Position numbers and translations under genes: made by a program. This document shows, piece after piece, positions 23,385 through 36,946 of a DNA stretch of 64,000 bases (its first letter is position 1; every line of letters starts with the position of its first letter). The DNA is from Pristiophorus japonicus (Eukaryota), in assembly GCF_044704955.1 (NCBI RefSeq), contig NC_091992.1, positions 126,914,001 through 126,978,000 of the forward strand, written 5' to 3'. The notes below the pieces were generated by a model. That model searched no databases. It was not told the DNA's origin and saw only the letters and a program-made list of their open reading frames with translations.

Positions 23385-26236
23385 ATAGCATTTGTAACAA
23401 CATAGATGAGTTGACGGCACAAATAGATACAAATGGGTGCAATCTGATAGCCATCACAGAGACGTGGGTGCAAGGTGACCAGGACTGGGAATTAAATATT
23501 CAGGAGTATTTGACAATCCGGAAGGACAGACAGAAAGGAAAAGGAGGTGGGGGAGCTCTATTGATAAAGAATGGAATCACTGCAATAGGGAGAAACGAAA
23601 TTGGCTCAAATGATCAGGATGTTGAAACAGTTTGGGTGGGGATAAGGAATAATAAGGGGAAAAAGTCACTGGTGGCCGTCATCTATAGACCCCCCAACAG
23701 CAGCAACTCTGTTGGTCGGAGTATAAACCAGGAAATAGTGGGGACTTGTAAAAAGGGAACAGCAATAATCATGGGTGATTTTAACCCATATTGATTGGAC
23801 AAATCAAATTGGTCAGGGTAGCCTTGAGGAAGAGTTCATCGAGTGCATAAGGGACTGGTTCCTTGAGCAGTATGTAATGGAACCAACCAGGGGACAGGCT
23901 ATCTTAGATCTGGTCCTGTGTAATGAGACAGGATTAATAAACAATCTCCTAGTAAAGGATCCCCTTGGAATGAGTGAACATAACATGATTGAATTTCAAC
24001 TTCAGATGGAGGGTGAGAAAGTTGGATTTCTAACCAGCGTACTAAGCTTAAATAAAGGAGACTGTGAAGGTATGAGGGCAGAGTTGGGTAAAGTGGACTG
24101 GGAAAATAGATTAAAGTGTCGGACGGTTGATGAACAATGGTGTACATTTAAGGAGATATTTCACAAATCTCAAGAAAAATATATTCCAGTGAGGAGGAAA
24201 GGGTGTAAGAGAAAAGATAGCCATCCGTGGCTAACTAAAGAAATAAAGGATGGTATCCAATTAAAAACAAGGGCATACAAAGTGGCCAAAACTAGTGGGA
24301 GGACAGAAGATTGGGAAGCTTTTAAAAGCCAGCAAAGAATGACTAAAAAAATTACTAAGGAAGAGAAGATAGAATATGAAAGTAAACTAGCACAAAATAT
24401 AAAAATAGACAGCAAGAGTTTCTATAGGTATATAAAAAGGAAAAGAGTGGCTAAAATAAATGTTGGCCCCTTAGAGGATGAGACCGGGGAATTAGTAATG
24501 GGGAACATGGAGATGGCAGAAACTCTGAACAAATATTTTGTATTAGTCTTTACAGTAGAGGACACTAACAATATCCCAACAATAGATAGTCAAGGGGCTA
24601 CGGGGGGGAAGGAACACAATCACAATCACTAAGGAGGTGGTACTCAGTAAGATAATGGGACTAAAGGCAGATAAATCCCCCGGACCTGATGGCTTGCATC
24701 TAGAGTCTTAAGAGAAGTAGCGGCAAGGATAGTGGATGCATTGGTTGTAATTTACCAAAATTCCCTGGATTCTGGGGAGGTCCCAGCAGATTGGAAAACT
24801 GCAAATGTAATGCCTCTATTTAAAAAAAGGAGGCAGACAAAAAGCAGGAAATTATAGACCAGTTAGCCTAACATCTGTGGTTGGTAAAATGTTGGAGTCT
24901 ATTATTAAAGAAGCAGTAGCAGGACATTTGGAAAAGTATAATTCGGTCAGACAGAGTCGGCATGGATTTATGAAGGGGAAGTCTTGTTTGACAAATTTGC
25001 TGGAATTCTTTGCGGATGCAATGAATAGGGTGGATAAAGGGGAACCAGTGGATGTGGTGTATTTGGACTACCGGAAGGCATTGACAAGGTGCCACATAAA
25101 AGGTTATTGCACAAGATAAAAGTTCACGGGGTTGGGGGTAATATATTAGCATGGATAGAGGATTGGCTAACAACCAGGAAACAGAGAGTCGGGATAAATG
25201 GTTAATTCTCTGGTTGGCAATCAGTAACCAGTGGGGTGCTGTAGGGATCAGTGCTGGGACCCCAACTATTTACAATCTATATTAACGACTTGGAAGAAAG
25301 CACCGAGTGTAACGTAGCCAAGTTTGCTGATGATACAAAGATGGGAGGAAAAGCAATGTGTGAGGAAGACACAAAAAATCTGCAAAAGGACATTGACAGG
25401 CTAAGTGAGTGGGCAAAAATTTGGCAGATGGAGTATAATGTTGGAAAGTGTGAGGTCATGCAATTTGGCAGAAAAAAAATCAAAGAGCAAGTTATTATTT
25501 AAATGGAGAAAGATTGCAAAGTGCCACAGTACAGCGGGACCTGGGGGTACTTGTGCATGAAACACAAAAGGTTAGTATGCAGGTACAGCAAGTGATTAGG
25601 AACGCCAATGGAATCTTGCCCTTTATTTCAAAGGGGATGGAGTATAAAAGCAGGGAAATCTTGCTACAGTTATATAAGGTATTGGTGAGGCCACACCTGG
25701 AATACTGCATGCAGTTCTGGTTTCCATATTTACAAAAGGATATACTTGCTTTGGAAGCAGTTCAGAGAAGGTTCACTAGGTTGATTCCGGGGCTGAGGGG
25801 GGTTGACTTATGAGGAAAGGTTGAGTAGGTTGGGCCTCTACTCATTGGAATTCAGAAGAATGAGAGGTGATCTTATCAAAACATATAAGATTATGAGGGG
25901 GCTTGACAAGGTGGATGCAGAGAGGATGTTTCCACTGATGGGGGAGTCTCAAACTAGAGGGCAAATTCTTAGAATAAGGGGCCGCCCATTTAAACTGAGA
26001 TGAGGAGGAATTTCTTCCCTCAGAGGGTTGTAAACTTGTGGAATTCGCTGCCACAGAGAGCTATGGCAGCTGGGTCATTGAATATATTTAATACAGAGAT
26101 AGACAGTTTCTTAAACGATATGGGGATAAGGGGTTATGGGGAGCGGGCGGGGAAGTGGACCTGATCGTATTAAATGGTGGAGCAGGCTCGAGGGGCCATA
26201 TGGCCTACTCCTGCTCCTATTTCTTATGTTCTTATG
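23385..26236 (+). mobile_element. Near-complete CR1 ORF2 (APE + RT), frameshifted
   Basis: IAITETW, GGGGALLIK, IYRPP, MGDFN, PTRGQAILDLVL, KFADDTK, RPHLEYCMQFW; (TTCTTATG)n tail. Confidence 0.95.
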
Positions 26237-26564
26237 TTTGAGACAGATGTCTGGTATAGTCAGGATATCATAACCCCACAGGCATCCTGTGTCTGTAGGT
26301 CGTCAACCTTATGTGCAACGCTCCTCACTCACATGCATTCCGATACCATGCTAGTCGGCTTTGATTTTTTTCCCTCCATCTAATTCCTGCTCTTTCTACA
26401 CTGTTCTTGGTTCTGATGCTCTCTGTCAGTCCCTCCCTGGTTTCCTCTGCACCTTGTCTCTCCTCTCTGCTGTTGCCCCTCCCCCTGCCAAATGAGCTGA
26501 GGCGGGGGTGGAGACAGGCGATGTTACGGAGGTGGGAGTGTGTGGTCTTGGTGAGGGAGATGAT

Positions 26565-26852
26565 CATCATAGGCATTCCCTCGGAATCGAGGAAGACTTG
26601 CTTCCACTCTTAGCATGAGTTCTTAGGTGGCTATACAGTCCAATACGAGAACCACAGTCCCTGTCACAGGTGGGACAGACAGTGGTTGAGGGGAAGGGTG
26701 GGCAGGGAGCCTGGTTTGCCGCACGCTCCTTCCGCTGCCTGCGCTTGATTTCTGCACACTCTCGCCGCCGATACTCGAGGTGCTCAGCGCCCTCACGGAT
26801 ACATTTCCTCCACTTAGGGCGGTCTATGGCCAAGGACTCCCAGGTGTCAGTC
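26565..26852 (-). mobile_element. RTE-clade LINE 3' end
   Basis: DTWESLAIDRPKWRKCIREG...CPTCDRDCGSRIGLYSHLRTH zinc-finger-like C-terminus; ATGATGATC tail. Confidence 0.85.
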
Positions 26853-26920
26853 ATGATAGACACACACACACACGTACAGAACATATACAGCGGGCGGGGA
26901 AGTGGAACTGAGTCTATGAT

Positions 26921-27116
26921 TGTTGTGTATCTGTAAAGCATGCACTCCCATGTTCCGCCACCAGGGAGCTCATCCCCTGAAGTCCCAAGGGATCCCAGCA
27001 TCCCTTGGGAGCACTGTATATAAGCCGGCCCCTAAGGCCTGTTCCTTATTAAAGACTGAGGTCACTGTTACTTTAACCTCCCTGTGTGCAGCCTCATCTG
27101 TGTTCGGAACACAATA
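26921..27116 (+). repeat. 5' LTR (196 bp)
   Basis: TGTTGTG...ACAATA; TATATAA box; lacks a 15-bp segment present in the 3' LTR. Confidence 0.95.
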
Positions 27117-30100
27117 ACTGGCGACGAGAATACAAATCCAACGCAGAGACGCAGCAAACTGTGAGCATCCTGGAGAAGTTCTCGGAGGGTGAGGACTGGG
27201 AAGCCTATGTCGAACGGCTAGACAAGTACTTTGTAGCCAACGAGCTGGACGGAGAAGGAAGCACTGCAAAAAGGAGAGTGGTCCTCCTCACAGTCTGCGG
27301 GGCACCGACCTACAGCCTCATGAAGAATCTTCTGGCTCCGGTGAAACCCACAGATAAGTCATATGAGGAGCTGTGTACACTGGTTCGGGAGCATCTTAAC
27401 CCGAGGGAGAGCATGCTGATGGCGAGGTATCGATTCTACACGTGCCAGCGATCTGAAGGTCAGGAAGTGGCGAGCTACGTTGCCGAGCTAAGGCGACTTG
27501 CAGGACAATGTGAGCTTGATGGCTACCTGGAGCAAATGCTCAGAGACTTTTTTGTACTGGGCATTGGCCATGAGACCATCCTACGAAAACATTTGACTGT
27601 AGAGACACCGACCCTCAATAAGGCCATTGCGATAGCACAGGCGTTTATGTCCACCAGTGATAACACCAAACAAATCTCTCAGCACACAAGTGCTAGCAAT
27701 GTTCATAAATTAACTGGGACTGTGTTTGCGAGCAGAAACGTACAGGGCAGAACTCATGAGTCTGCAACTGCCAGCAGGCCTCAGGTGACCCAGATGACTC
27801 AGCGTCCCCAACAAAGGATGAATGCAAGGCACTTTGCACCTTGTTGGCGTTGTGGAGGCTTCCATTCAGCCTATTCATGCCGCTTCAAAGGGTATGTTTG
27901 CAAGAGCTGTGGAACAATGGGGCACCTCCAACGAGCTTGCAAATGAGCTGCAAGCTCTGCAAAACCTGCTAACCACCACGTGGCAGAGGAAGATCGATCC
28001 ATGGTGGATCAAAGCAATTTCAAGCCTCAGAGAGAGGAGGCAGATGCTGAAGTACACGGCGTGCACACATTTTCAACGAAATGTCCACCTATAATGCTAA
28101 ACGTAAAATTGAATGGCTTACCCGTAGCCATGGAACTGGACACTGGCGCTAACCAATCCATCATGAGTAAAAAGATGTTCGAGAGACTGTGGTGCAACAA
28201 GGCACTCAGACCAGCCCTGAGCCCCATCCACACGAAACTGAGAACGTACACCAAAGAGCTTATTACTGTCCTGGCAGCGCCATGGTCAAGGTCACCTACG
28301 AGGGCACGGTGCACGAACTGCCACTCTGGATTGTCCCGGGCGATGGCCCCACACTGCTTGGAAGGAGCTGGCTGGGCAAAATCCGCTGGAACTGGGATGA
28401 CATCCGAGCACTATCACATGTCAATGAGGCCTCATGTACCCAGGTTCTTAACAAATTTCCTTCCCTTTTTGAGCCAAGCATTGGAAACTTTTCCGAGGTG
28501 AAGGTGCGGATCCACTCGGTCCCAGAGGCACGACCCATTCACCACAAGGCACGAGCGGTACCTCACATGAGGGAGAGAGTGGAAATCGAGCTGGACAGGC
28601 TGCAACGCAAGGGCATCATCTCCCCAGTGGAATTCAGCGAGTGGGCCAGCCCGATTGTTCCAGTACTCAAAAGTGATGGCACGGTCAGGATTTGCGGCGA
28701 TTATAAAGTAACTATTAATCATTTCTCGCTGCAGGAACAATACCCGCTACCTAAGGCAGACGACCTATTTGCGACGCTGGCAGGAGGCAAGACGTTCACC
28801 AAGCTTGACCTGACTTCGGCCTACATGACGCAGGAGCTGGAAGAGTCTTCGAAGGGCCTCACCTGCATCAACACGCACAAGGGACTGTTCATCTTCAACA
28901 GATGCCCGTTTGGAATTCGGTCGGCTGCAACGATCTTCCAGAGAAACAAGGAGAGCCTACTCAAGTCAGTACCACACACGGTGGTCTTTCAGGACGATAT
29001 ATTGGTCACGGGTCGGGACATCGCCGAGCACCTACAAAACTTGGAGGAGGTCCTCCAGCGACTGGATCGCGTAGGGCTGCGACTGAAGAGATCGAACTGC
29101 ATCTTCATGGCAACAGAAGTGGAGTTTTTGGGGAGAAAGATCGCGGCGGACGGCATTCGGCCCACAGACGCCAAGACAGAGACTATCAGGAACGCGCCCA
29201 GGCCACAGAACGTCACGGAGCTGCGGTCGTTCCTGGGACTCCTCAACTATTTTGGTAACTTCCTACCGGGGTTAAGCACCCTCTTAGAGCCCCTACATGT
29301 GTTATTGCGCAAAGGTGAGAACTGGGTATGGGGAAGAAAACAAGTAATTGCTTTTGAGAAAGCCGGAAACATTTTATGCTCCAACAAGCTGCTTGTATTG
29401 TAAAACCCGTGTAAAAGACTTGTGCTAGCATGTGACGCGTCGTCGTACGGAGTCGGGTGTGTATTACAACAAGCTAACGTTGCGGGGAAGTTGCAACCTG
29501 TCGTCTATGCTTCCAGGAGCTTGTCTAAGGCCGAGAGGGCCTACAACATGATTGAGAAAGAGGCATTAGCGTGTGTGTTCGGGGTAAAGAAAATGCATCA
29601 GTACCTGTTTGGCCTCAAATTTGAGCTGGAAACCGATCACAAGCCCCTCACATCCCTGTTCACTGAAAACAAGGCGATAAATACTAATGCCTCAGCCCAT
29701 ACCATCCGCCACAGGCCAGGCACCGAGAACTGTGCGGATGCTCTCAGTCGGCTACCATTGCCCACCACAGGGGTGGAAATGGCGCAGCCTGCAAACTTGT
29801 TGATGGTGGCGCAGCCCGCAGACTTGTTGATGGTCATAGAAGCATTTGAAAATGATAAATCACCTGTCACGGCCCACCAGATTAGGACTTGGACCAGCCA
29901 AGATCCTCTGCTGTCCCTAGTAAAAAACTATGTACTGCATGGGAGCTGGGCCAGCATTCCCATTGAAATGCAAGAGCTAATCAAGCTGTTCCAGCGGCGA
30001 AAGGACGAGCTGTCCATTCAGGCAGACTGCCTGTTGTGAGGTAACCGCGTAGTGCGACCCAAAAAGGGCAGGGAGACGTTTATCTCGGATCTCCACAGCA

Positions 30101-31249
30101 CACACCCGGGTATAGTAATGATGAAAGCGATAGCCAGATCCCACATGTGGTGGCCCGGTATCGACTCTGACTTAGAGTCCTGTGTACGGCAATGCAGTGT
30201 GTGTGCTCAGTTGAGCAACGCGCCCAGAGAGGTACCAGTAACTTTGTGGTCCTGGCCCTCCAGACCATGGTCGAGGATCCATGTCGACTATGCAGGCCCG
30301 TTTCTCGGTAAAATGTTCCTGGTGGTGGTGGATGCTTTTTCAAAATGGATTGAATGTGAAATAATGTCGGGAAGCACCACCACTGAAAGCCTGAGGGCCA
30401 TGTTTGCCACCCACGGCCTGCCTGACATACTGGTCAGTGACAAAGGGCCATGTTTCACCAGTGCCGAATTTAAAGAATTCATGACCCGCAATGGGATCAA
30501 ACATGTCACCTCGGCCCCGTTTAAACCAGCCTCCAATGGGCAGGCAGAGCGGGCAGTACAAACCATCAAACAGAGCCTTAAACGAGTCGCAGAAGGCTCA
30601 CTCCAAACTCGCCTGTCCCGAGTACTGCTCAGCTACCGCACGAGACCCCACTCACTCACAGGGGTGCCCCCGGCTGAGCTACTCATGAAAAGGACACTTA
30701 AAACCAGACTCTCGCTGGTTCACCCCAACCTGCATGATCAGGTAGAGAGCAGGCGGCAGCAACAAAATGTAAACGATGGTCGCGCCACTGTGTCATGGGA
30801 AATTGATCTGAATGAACCGGTGTATGTGCTAAACTATGGACATGGTCCCAAGTGGATCGCGGGCACGGTGATAGCTAAAGAAGGGAGTAGGGTGTTTGTA
30901 GTCAAACTAGACAATGGACAAATTTGCAGAAAGCACCTGGACCAAACGAGGCTGCGGTTCACAGACTGCCCTGAACAACCCACAGCAGACACCACCTTTT
31001 TCGAGCCCACAACACACACCCAAAGGATCAACGACACCACGCCGGACCAGGAAATCGAACCCATCACGCCCAACAGCTCAGCAAGGCCAGGCTCACCCAG
31101 CAGCCCTGCAGGGCCAACAAAACGCCAGCCCAGCGAGGGCACAGCCAACACACCAGAACAGACATTTGTACCGAGGCGGTCCACCAGGGAAAGAAAGGCT
31201 CCCGACCGCCTCACCTTGTAAATAGTTTTCACTCTGACTTTTGGGGGGG

Positions 31250-31460
31250 TGATGTGTATCTGTAAAGCATGCACTCCCATGTTCCGCCACCAGGGAGTGC
31301 ATCCCCTGAAGTCCCAAGGGATCCCAGCATCCTTTGGGAGCACTGTATATAAGCCGGCCCCTAAGGCCTGTTCCTCACTCTGGAATGTCTTAATAAAGAC
31401 TGAGGTCACTGTTACTTTAACCTTCCTGTGTGCAGCCTCATCTGTGTTAGGAACACAATA
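31250..31460 (+). repeat. 3' LTR (211 bp)
   Basis: TGATGTG...ACAATA, with TATATAA and AATAAA; preceded by a G-run. Confidence 0.95.
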
Positions 31461-31787
31461 ATGATCAGATCAGCTTATTGAATGGCGGAGCAGACTCGAG
31501 GGGCCGTATGGCCTACTCCTGCTCCTATTTCTTATGTTCTTGTACTCTCACACATTCACTTCAAGCATCAGCCCAGCAGCTTATATAATCCTGCCAGAAA
31601 AAGCTACAGTTGATTTACATTAGGGTGTTGGTGTGGGAAGTAAATTGACACATCCACTGTTAGTCAGCACACTGACTAGTTCATACAGCCCGTGGACAGA
31701 CATCTCTCCACGACGACACCTGTGGGACTTCTGCTGATCACAATCACTGAGTCTGGTACATGAGGACAACCCATCTGAATAAGTAAG

Positions 31788-32225
31788 AAGAAAGAAAGAC
31801 TTGCATTTATATAGCGCATTTCACGACCAACAGACGTATCAGCACTTTACAGCCAATGAAGTACTTTTGGAGAGTAGTCACAGTTAAAATGTGGGAAACG
31901 CAGCAGCCAATTTGCTCACAGTAAGCTCCCACAAACAGCAATGTGATAATGACCAGATAATCTGTTTTTTAGTGATGTTGATTGAGGGATAAATATTGGC
32001 CAGGACACCGGGGATAACTCCCCTGCTCTTCTTCGAAATAGTGCCAGGGGATCTTTTACATCCACCTGAGAGAGCAGACAGGGCCTCGGTTTAACGTCTC
32101 ATCCGAAAGACGGCACCTCGGACAGTGCCGCACTCCCTCAGCACTGCAGTGTCAGCCTAGATTAATGTGCTCAAGTCCCTGGACTCTGACTCAGAGGCAA
32201 GTGTACTGCCCACTGAGCCACGGTA
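31788..32225 (-). mobile_element. DeuSINE (SacSINE1-like)
   Basis: Near-full-length reverse copy. Confidence 0.85.
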
Positions 32226-32592
32226 GGCACTGAAAGGTTTGCATTTATACCGCATCTCAGCGCAATCCTCAGAATGGTGTTTCAGACAGAGAATTACTTT
32301 GAAGCATCAGGACTGTTGTCACGCAGGCGAGCATGGTGCCCATTTTGTGTACAGCAACATCCCATAAACAGCAATGAGAAGGTGACCAGCTCATGTGTTT
32401 GATGGTGATGTTGGGACAGGGTCACACAGGATCTTTTATTGGAATACACAAGACGTGCTCCTGGTTTAACATTTTCTCTGCAGGCCCTGGCTTCCGACAC
32501 TGCCGCACTCCCTCAGTACCGTGGTGGGCTATCAGCCCGGAATATAATTATTGTAAATTGGTGTTACCTTAACATTCAGCTGAAGCGATCCT

Positions 32593-33045
32593 AGTGTCAG
32601 CTGTGGCTCAGTAAGCAGCACACTTACCTTTGAGGGAGAAGGTTGTGGGTTCAAGTTCCCACTCCAGGGACTTGAGCACAAAAATATCCAGACTGATGCT
32701 CCAGTGTAGTGTTGAGGGAGTGCTGCACTGTCAGAGGTGCTGTCTTTCTGATGAGATGTTAAACCGAGGCCCTGTGGATGTAAAAGATCCCATGGCATTA
32801 TTTCAAAGAGGAGCAGGGGAGTTCTCCCCGGTGTCCTGGCAAATATTTATCCCTCAATCAACATAACAAAAAAACCCAGATTATCTGGTCATGATCACAT
32901 TGCTGTATGTGGGAGCTTGCTGTGCGCAAATTGGCTGCTGCGTTTCCTACATTACAACAGTGACTACACTCCAAAATTGGCTGTAAAACGCTTTGAGACG
33001 TCTGGTGGTCATGAAAGGCGCTATACAAATGCACATTGTTCTTTT
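32593..33045 (+). mobile_element. DeuSINE (SacSINE1-like)
   Basis: A/B boxes, central domain and tail present. Confidence 0.85.
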
Positions 33046-33074
33046 TGTTATTGTGAAAGTGCAACAATTAAAGC

Positions 33075-33460
33075 GCTGATCTAATTGAGGGGTTTAAGAT
33101 GATTAAAGGATTAGATGGGGTCGAGAGAGAGAGAAAAACTATTCCCTCTGGTGGGGGAATCCAGAACAAGGGGCATCACCTTAAAATTAGAGCCAGGCCG
33201 TTCAGGAGTGATGTCAGGAAGCACTTCTTCACACAAAGGGCAGTGGGAATCTGGAGCGCTCTCCCCCCAAAAAGCTGTTGAGGCCGGGGGGTCATTTGGA
33301 AATTTCAAAACTGAGCGATAGAGATTTGTTAGGCAAGGGTATTAAGGGTTACAGAACCAAGGTGGGTAGGTGGAGTTAAAATACAGATTGGCCGTGATCT
33401 AATTGAGTGTTGGAGCAGGTTCGAGGGACTGGATGGCCGACTCCTGTCCCTATGTTCCTA
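33075..33460 (+). mobile_element. CR1 3' fragment
   Basis: DLIEGFKMIKGLD...FRSDVRKHFFTQR and tail. Confidence 0.8.
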
Positions 33461-33651
33461 AATACCCGAGAGACGATGTCCTGCAAAATCTGTCACCGTC
33501 AGTAAAGGTCAGTGGGGGTGGGGAATATCCACCCAGCCGATGTAACAATGTTTATGTCAGTTTCCCGGGGTTTGCGCTGCTCATCGGTGGAAGTTATGGC
33601 AGGTGAGGAGAACCCTCGTCGAAATTCACCTCCCATGTGTCACCCTTGGCT

Positions 33652-34250
33652 CAACAACAACTTACATCGGCAGTCCCTCGGAATCGAGGCAGACTTGCTT
33701 CCACTCTAAAAATGAGCCCTTAGGTGGCTGAACAGTCCAATACGAGAACCACAGTCCCTGTCACAGGTAGGACAGATAGGCGTTGAGGGTAAGTGTGGGT
33801 GGGACAGGTTTGCCGCACGCTCCTTCCGCTGCCTGCGCTTGTTTTCTGCATGCTCTCGGCGTTGAGACTCGAGGTGCTCAGCACCCTCCCGGATGCACTT
33901 CCTCCACTTGGGGCGGTCTTTGGCCAGGGACTCCCAGGTGTCAGTGGGGGTGTCGTACTTTATCAGGGAGGCTTTGAGGATGTCCTTGTAGCGTTTCCTC
34001 TGCCCACCTTTGGCTCGTTTGCCGTGTAGGAGTTCCGAGTAGAGCGCTTGCTTTGGGAGTCTCGTGTCTGACATGCGAACGATGTGGCCTGCCCAGCGGA
34101 GCTGATTGAGTGTGGTCAGTGCTTCGATGCTGGGGATGTTGGCCTGGTCGAGGACGCTAATGTTGGTGCGTCTGTCCTCCCAGGGGATTTGTCGGATCTT
34201 GCAGAGACATCGCTGGTGGTATTTCTCCAGCGACTTCAGGTGCCTACTGT
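33652..34250 (-). mobile_element. RTE-clade LINE 3' fragment
   Basis: 182-aa ORF with QLRWAGHIVRMSDTRLPKQALYSEL, GGQRKRYKD and a C-terminal CxxC..H..H motif. Confidence 0.9.
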
Positions 34251-35040
34251 ACATTTATATAACATAGTAAAACATACCAAGGTGCCACTGTAGCGATTAT
34301 CGAACAAAATTTGACACCGAGCCACATGAGGAAATGTTAGGCCAAAGAGGTAGATTTCAAGGAGCATCTTGAAAGAGAATAGAGAGGCTGAGAGGTTTCG
34401 GGAGGGATTCCAGAGCTTGGGGCCTCAGCAGTTGAAGGCACAGCCGCCAATGGTGATGTGATTAAATTCAGGGATGCTTAAGAGGCCAGAATTGGATGGT
34501 TGCAGAGAGGTAGGAGGGTTGTGGGGCTGGAGGAGGTTACAGAGATAGGGAGGGGCGAGGCCAGGGAGGGATTTGGAAATAAGGATGAAAATTTTGAAAT
34601 TGAGGCGTTGCTAATGTAGGTCAGCGAGCACAGAGGTAGCACTCTTGCCTCAGGCAGAAGCTGGTGGTTACATGCCTCATTCCAGAGATTGGAGCACAGA
34701 ATCCAGCCACATGCTCCAGTGTGCTCCACTGCCTTTCGGATGTGAAGTTAAACCGAGGCCCCGTCTGCTCTCTCAGGTGGGCGCAAAAGATCCCACGGCG
34801 CTATTTTGAAGCAGAGCAGGGGAGTTATCCCCGGTGCCCTGGCCAATATTTATCCCTCAATCAACATCACTAAAAACAGATGATCTGGTCACATATCTCA
34901 TTGCTGTTTGTGGGAGCTTGCTGTGCGCAAATTGCCTGCCGCCTTTCCCTACGTTACTTCAGCGACCACACTTCAATGGTCATTTAGTTGCTGTCCTGCG
35001 GATGTTAAAGGCTCTTGTATAAATGCAAGTTTGCTCTTTC
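34250..35040. mobile_element. L2 3' fragment (minus, ~34250-34630) joined to a DeuSINE (plus, ~34636-35040)
   Basis: Similarity to other L2 and SINE copies in the window. Confidence 0.75.
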
Positions 35041-35399
35041 TGTAAAGAATCTTATTAACGTAACGCTAAAACATGAGTGTGCACATTGGCTGTCGAGGTG
35101 ACTCTGTTCCCGGAGCAGTTATCTGTTTTAGACACTTGTTGGATACTTTATCTGATCAATGAGCGGTAGAGTGTTGACAGCAGACGTCAGTGCTGCAGCC
35201 CGCTGTAATATGGTGCTGTTGCTCCCTCTGCTGGTAGGGCCTCATGCCACCCTTCCAGTTGCTGGTCAAGAGGGAGTGCGTGGCAGCGACTTGACCCACT
35301 GCTCTTTCTGTCACCTCTGGGAGTCGGTCCGTGTGACGGACAGTCGCAATCTGCTTCCTATTGGCTGCAGGTCTGCAGCATCGAGCTGCGCAGAATGCG

Positions 35400-35850
35400 G
35401 CAGTGGTTCAGTGGGGAGCACACTCGCCTCTGGGTCAGAAGGTTGTGTGTTCAAGTCCCACTCCAGGAACTTGAGCACAGACATCTAGGCTGACACTGCA
35501 GTGCGACGCTGAGGGAGCGCTGCACTGTCGGAGGTGCCGTCTTTCGGATGAGACATTAAACCGAGGCCCCGTCTGCTCTCCTAGGTGAACGTAAAAATTT
35601 CCATGGTACTATTTTGAAGAAGAGCAGGGGAGTTATCCCTAATGTCCTGGCCAATATTTATCCCTCAATCAACATAACAAAAACAGATTATCTGGTCATT
35701 ATCCCATTGCTGTATGTGGGAGCTTGCTGTGCGCAAATTGGCTGTTGCGTTTCCCACATTCCCACACTCCAAAAGTACTTCATTGGCTGTTAAGCTCTTT
35801 GAGACGTCCAGTGGTGGTGAAAACGATATATAAATGAAAGTCTTTCTTTT
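35400..35850 (+). mobile_element. DeuSINE (SacSINE1-like)
   Basis: A/B boxes, central domain, tail. Confidence 0.85.
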
Positions 35851-36691
35851 AGTGAACCAGCCATCTCACCCCGGGAGGCCATGACTTGGCCAGTGCGAGA
35901 GCTGCGGATGCCACACTGCTACGGGGGGGGGGGTCTCTGGTCCTGTACACTGGGGGTGGGGGCAAGATGGAAGATGGACAGGGCATCTGTGTGCACCGGT
36001 GGGCCATGCTGCACTCTAACTGCGTGATCAACAACTTGTACCTATATAGCACCTTCGACAGAATAAAATGCGCCTCACAGGAGTGTAATCAGACAAAGCT
36101 TGGGGGTCAAAGCAGGAGGCATTAGCGCAGGTGACCATAACCTTGGTCAAAGAGGTCATCATCATAAGCAGTCCCTCGAAATCAAGGAAGACTTGCTTCC
36201 ACTCTGAAAGTGAGTTATCAGGTGACTGTACAGCCCAATACAAGAATTACAGTCTCTGTAAAGAGGTAGGTTTTAAGGAGTGTCTTACTCAAGGAGGAAA
36301 GAGGGGTTCAGGGAGGCAATGGCAGAGTATATTTATTTGTTCAGGATTTTGTTTAAGATTGAAATACAGAGACAGCTGCCCTGACGCTCCAGGTGATGTC
36401 ACTGTGACGCTGTGGGAATGAGGGATAATACCCAGAGAGTCGCTTGTCCGTGGACAAGTCTGCAGTAGCCTTGGTCGGGTTGGCTGCTCTTTGCAGACCG
36501 TTCAGTTGACACCGATGGTGCTCGCTGATCTTTGACCCCACACCGTTGAACTGTACCTGACCTGCTGCGTCAGTCCGAGAGGTGCAGCGCCCCCTTCAGT
36601 CAGCTCCCAGCACCGCACCGTCCTCTCACCATCGCATCTTGAACCACCCCACATTTAGGACTGAGATGAGGAGAAACTTCTTCACTCAGAG

Positions 36692-36946
36692 TGTTGTATA
36701 TGCTAGCACTCCAATAACGACTCCACGAGGTAAGGGTATTGTACTTGAACTGTAGTGACCTTAGTCCATTTATTGCAGCTCCTTGAGTGAGGACACAATG
36801 AGGTGAGCTCCCTTTTATACTTGGTTACCTGCAGTGTGTGTACCCTGAAGTCTCCACCAGTAGCACCCTCTGGTGGTACAGGTATAGTGTATACAGACAG
36901 GGTGAAGGTACATTCAGTGGTCTAGTGTTACAGTACATACATAACA
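36692..36946 (-). mobile_element. Solo LTR (255 bp) inserted in a CR1 3' tail (~36650-37175)
   Basis: TGTTGTAT...ATACATAACA termini; perfect 5-bp TSD CAGAG (36687-91, 36947-51); reverse-strand TATAAAA and AATAAA; flanks rejoin as CR1 TTCACTCAGAG|GACGGTGAATC. Confidence 0.9.

Larger units (their letters stand above)
26921..31460 (+). mobile_element. Full-length but degenerate Ty3/Gypsy LTR retrotransposon (Mag-clade-like)
   Basis: 5' LTR 26921-27116, 3' LTR 31250-31460; 5-bp TSD ATGAT (26916-20, 31461-65); PBS TGGCGACGAG; G-run PPT; gag with two zinc knuckles, protease LDTGA, RT FQDD, RNase H, integrase HHCC + core; stops at ~27944, 29401, 30037 and a frameshift near 28270. Confidence 0.96.
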
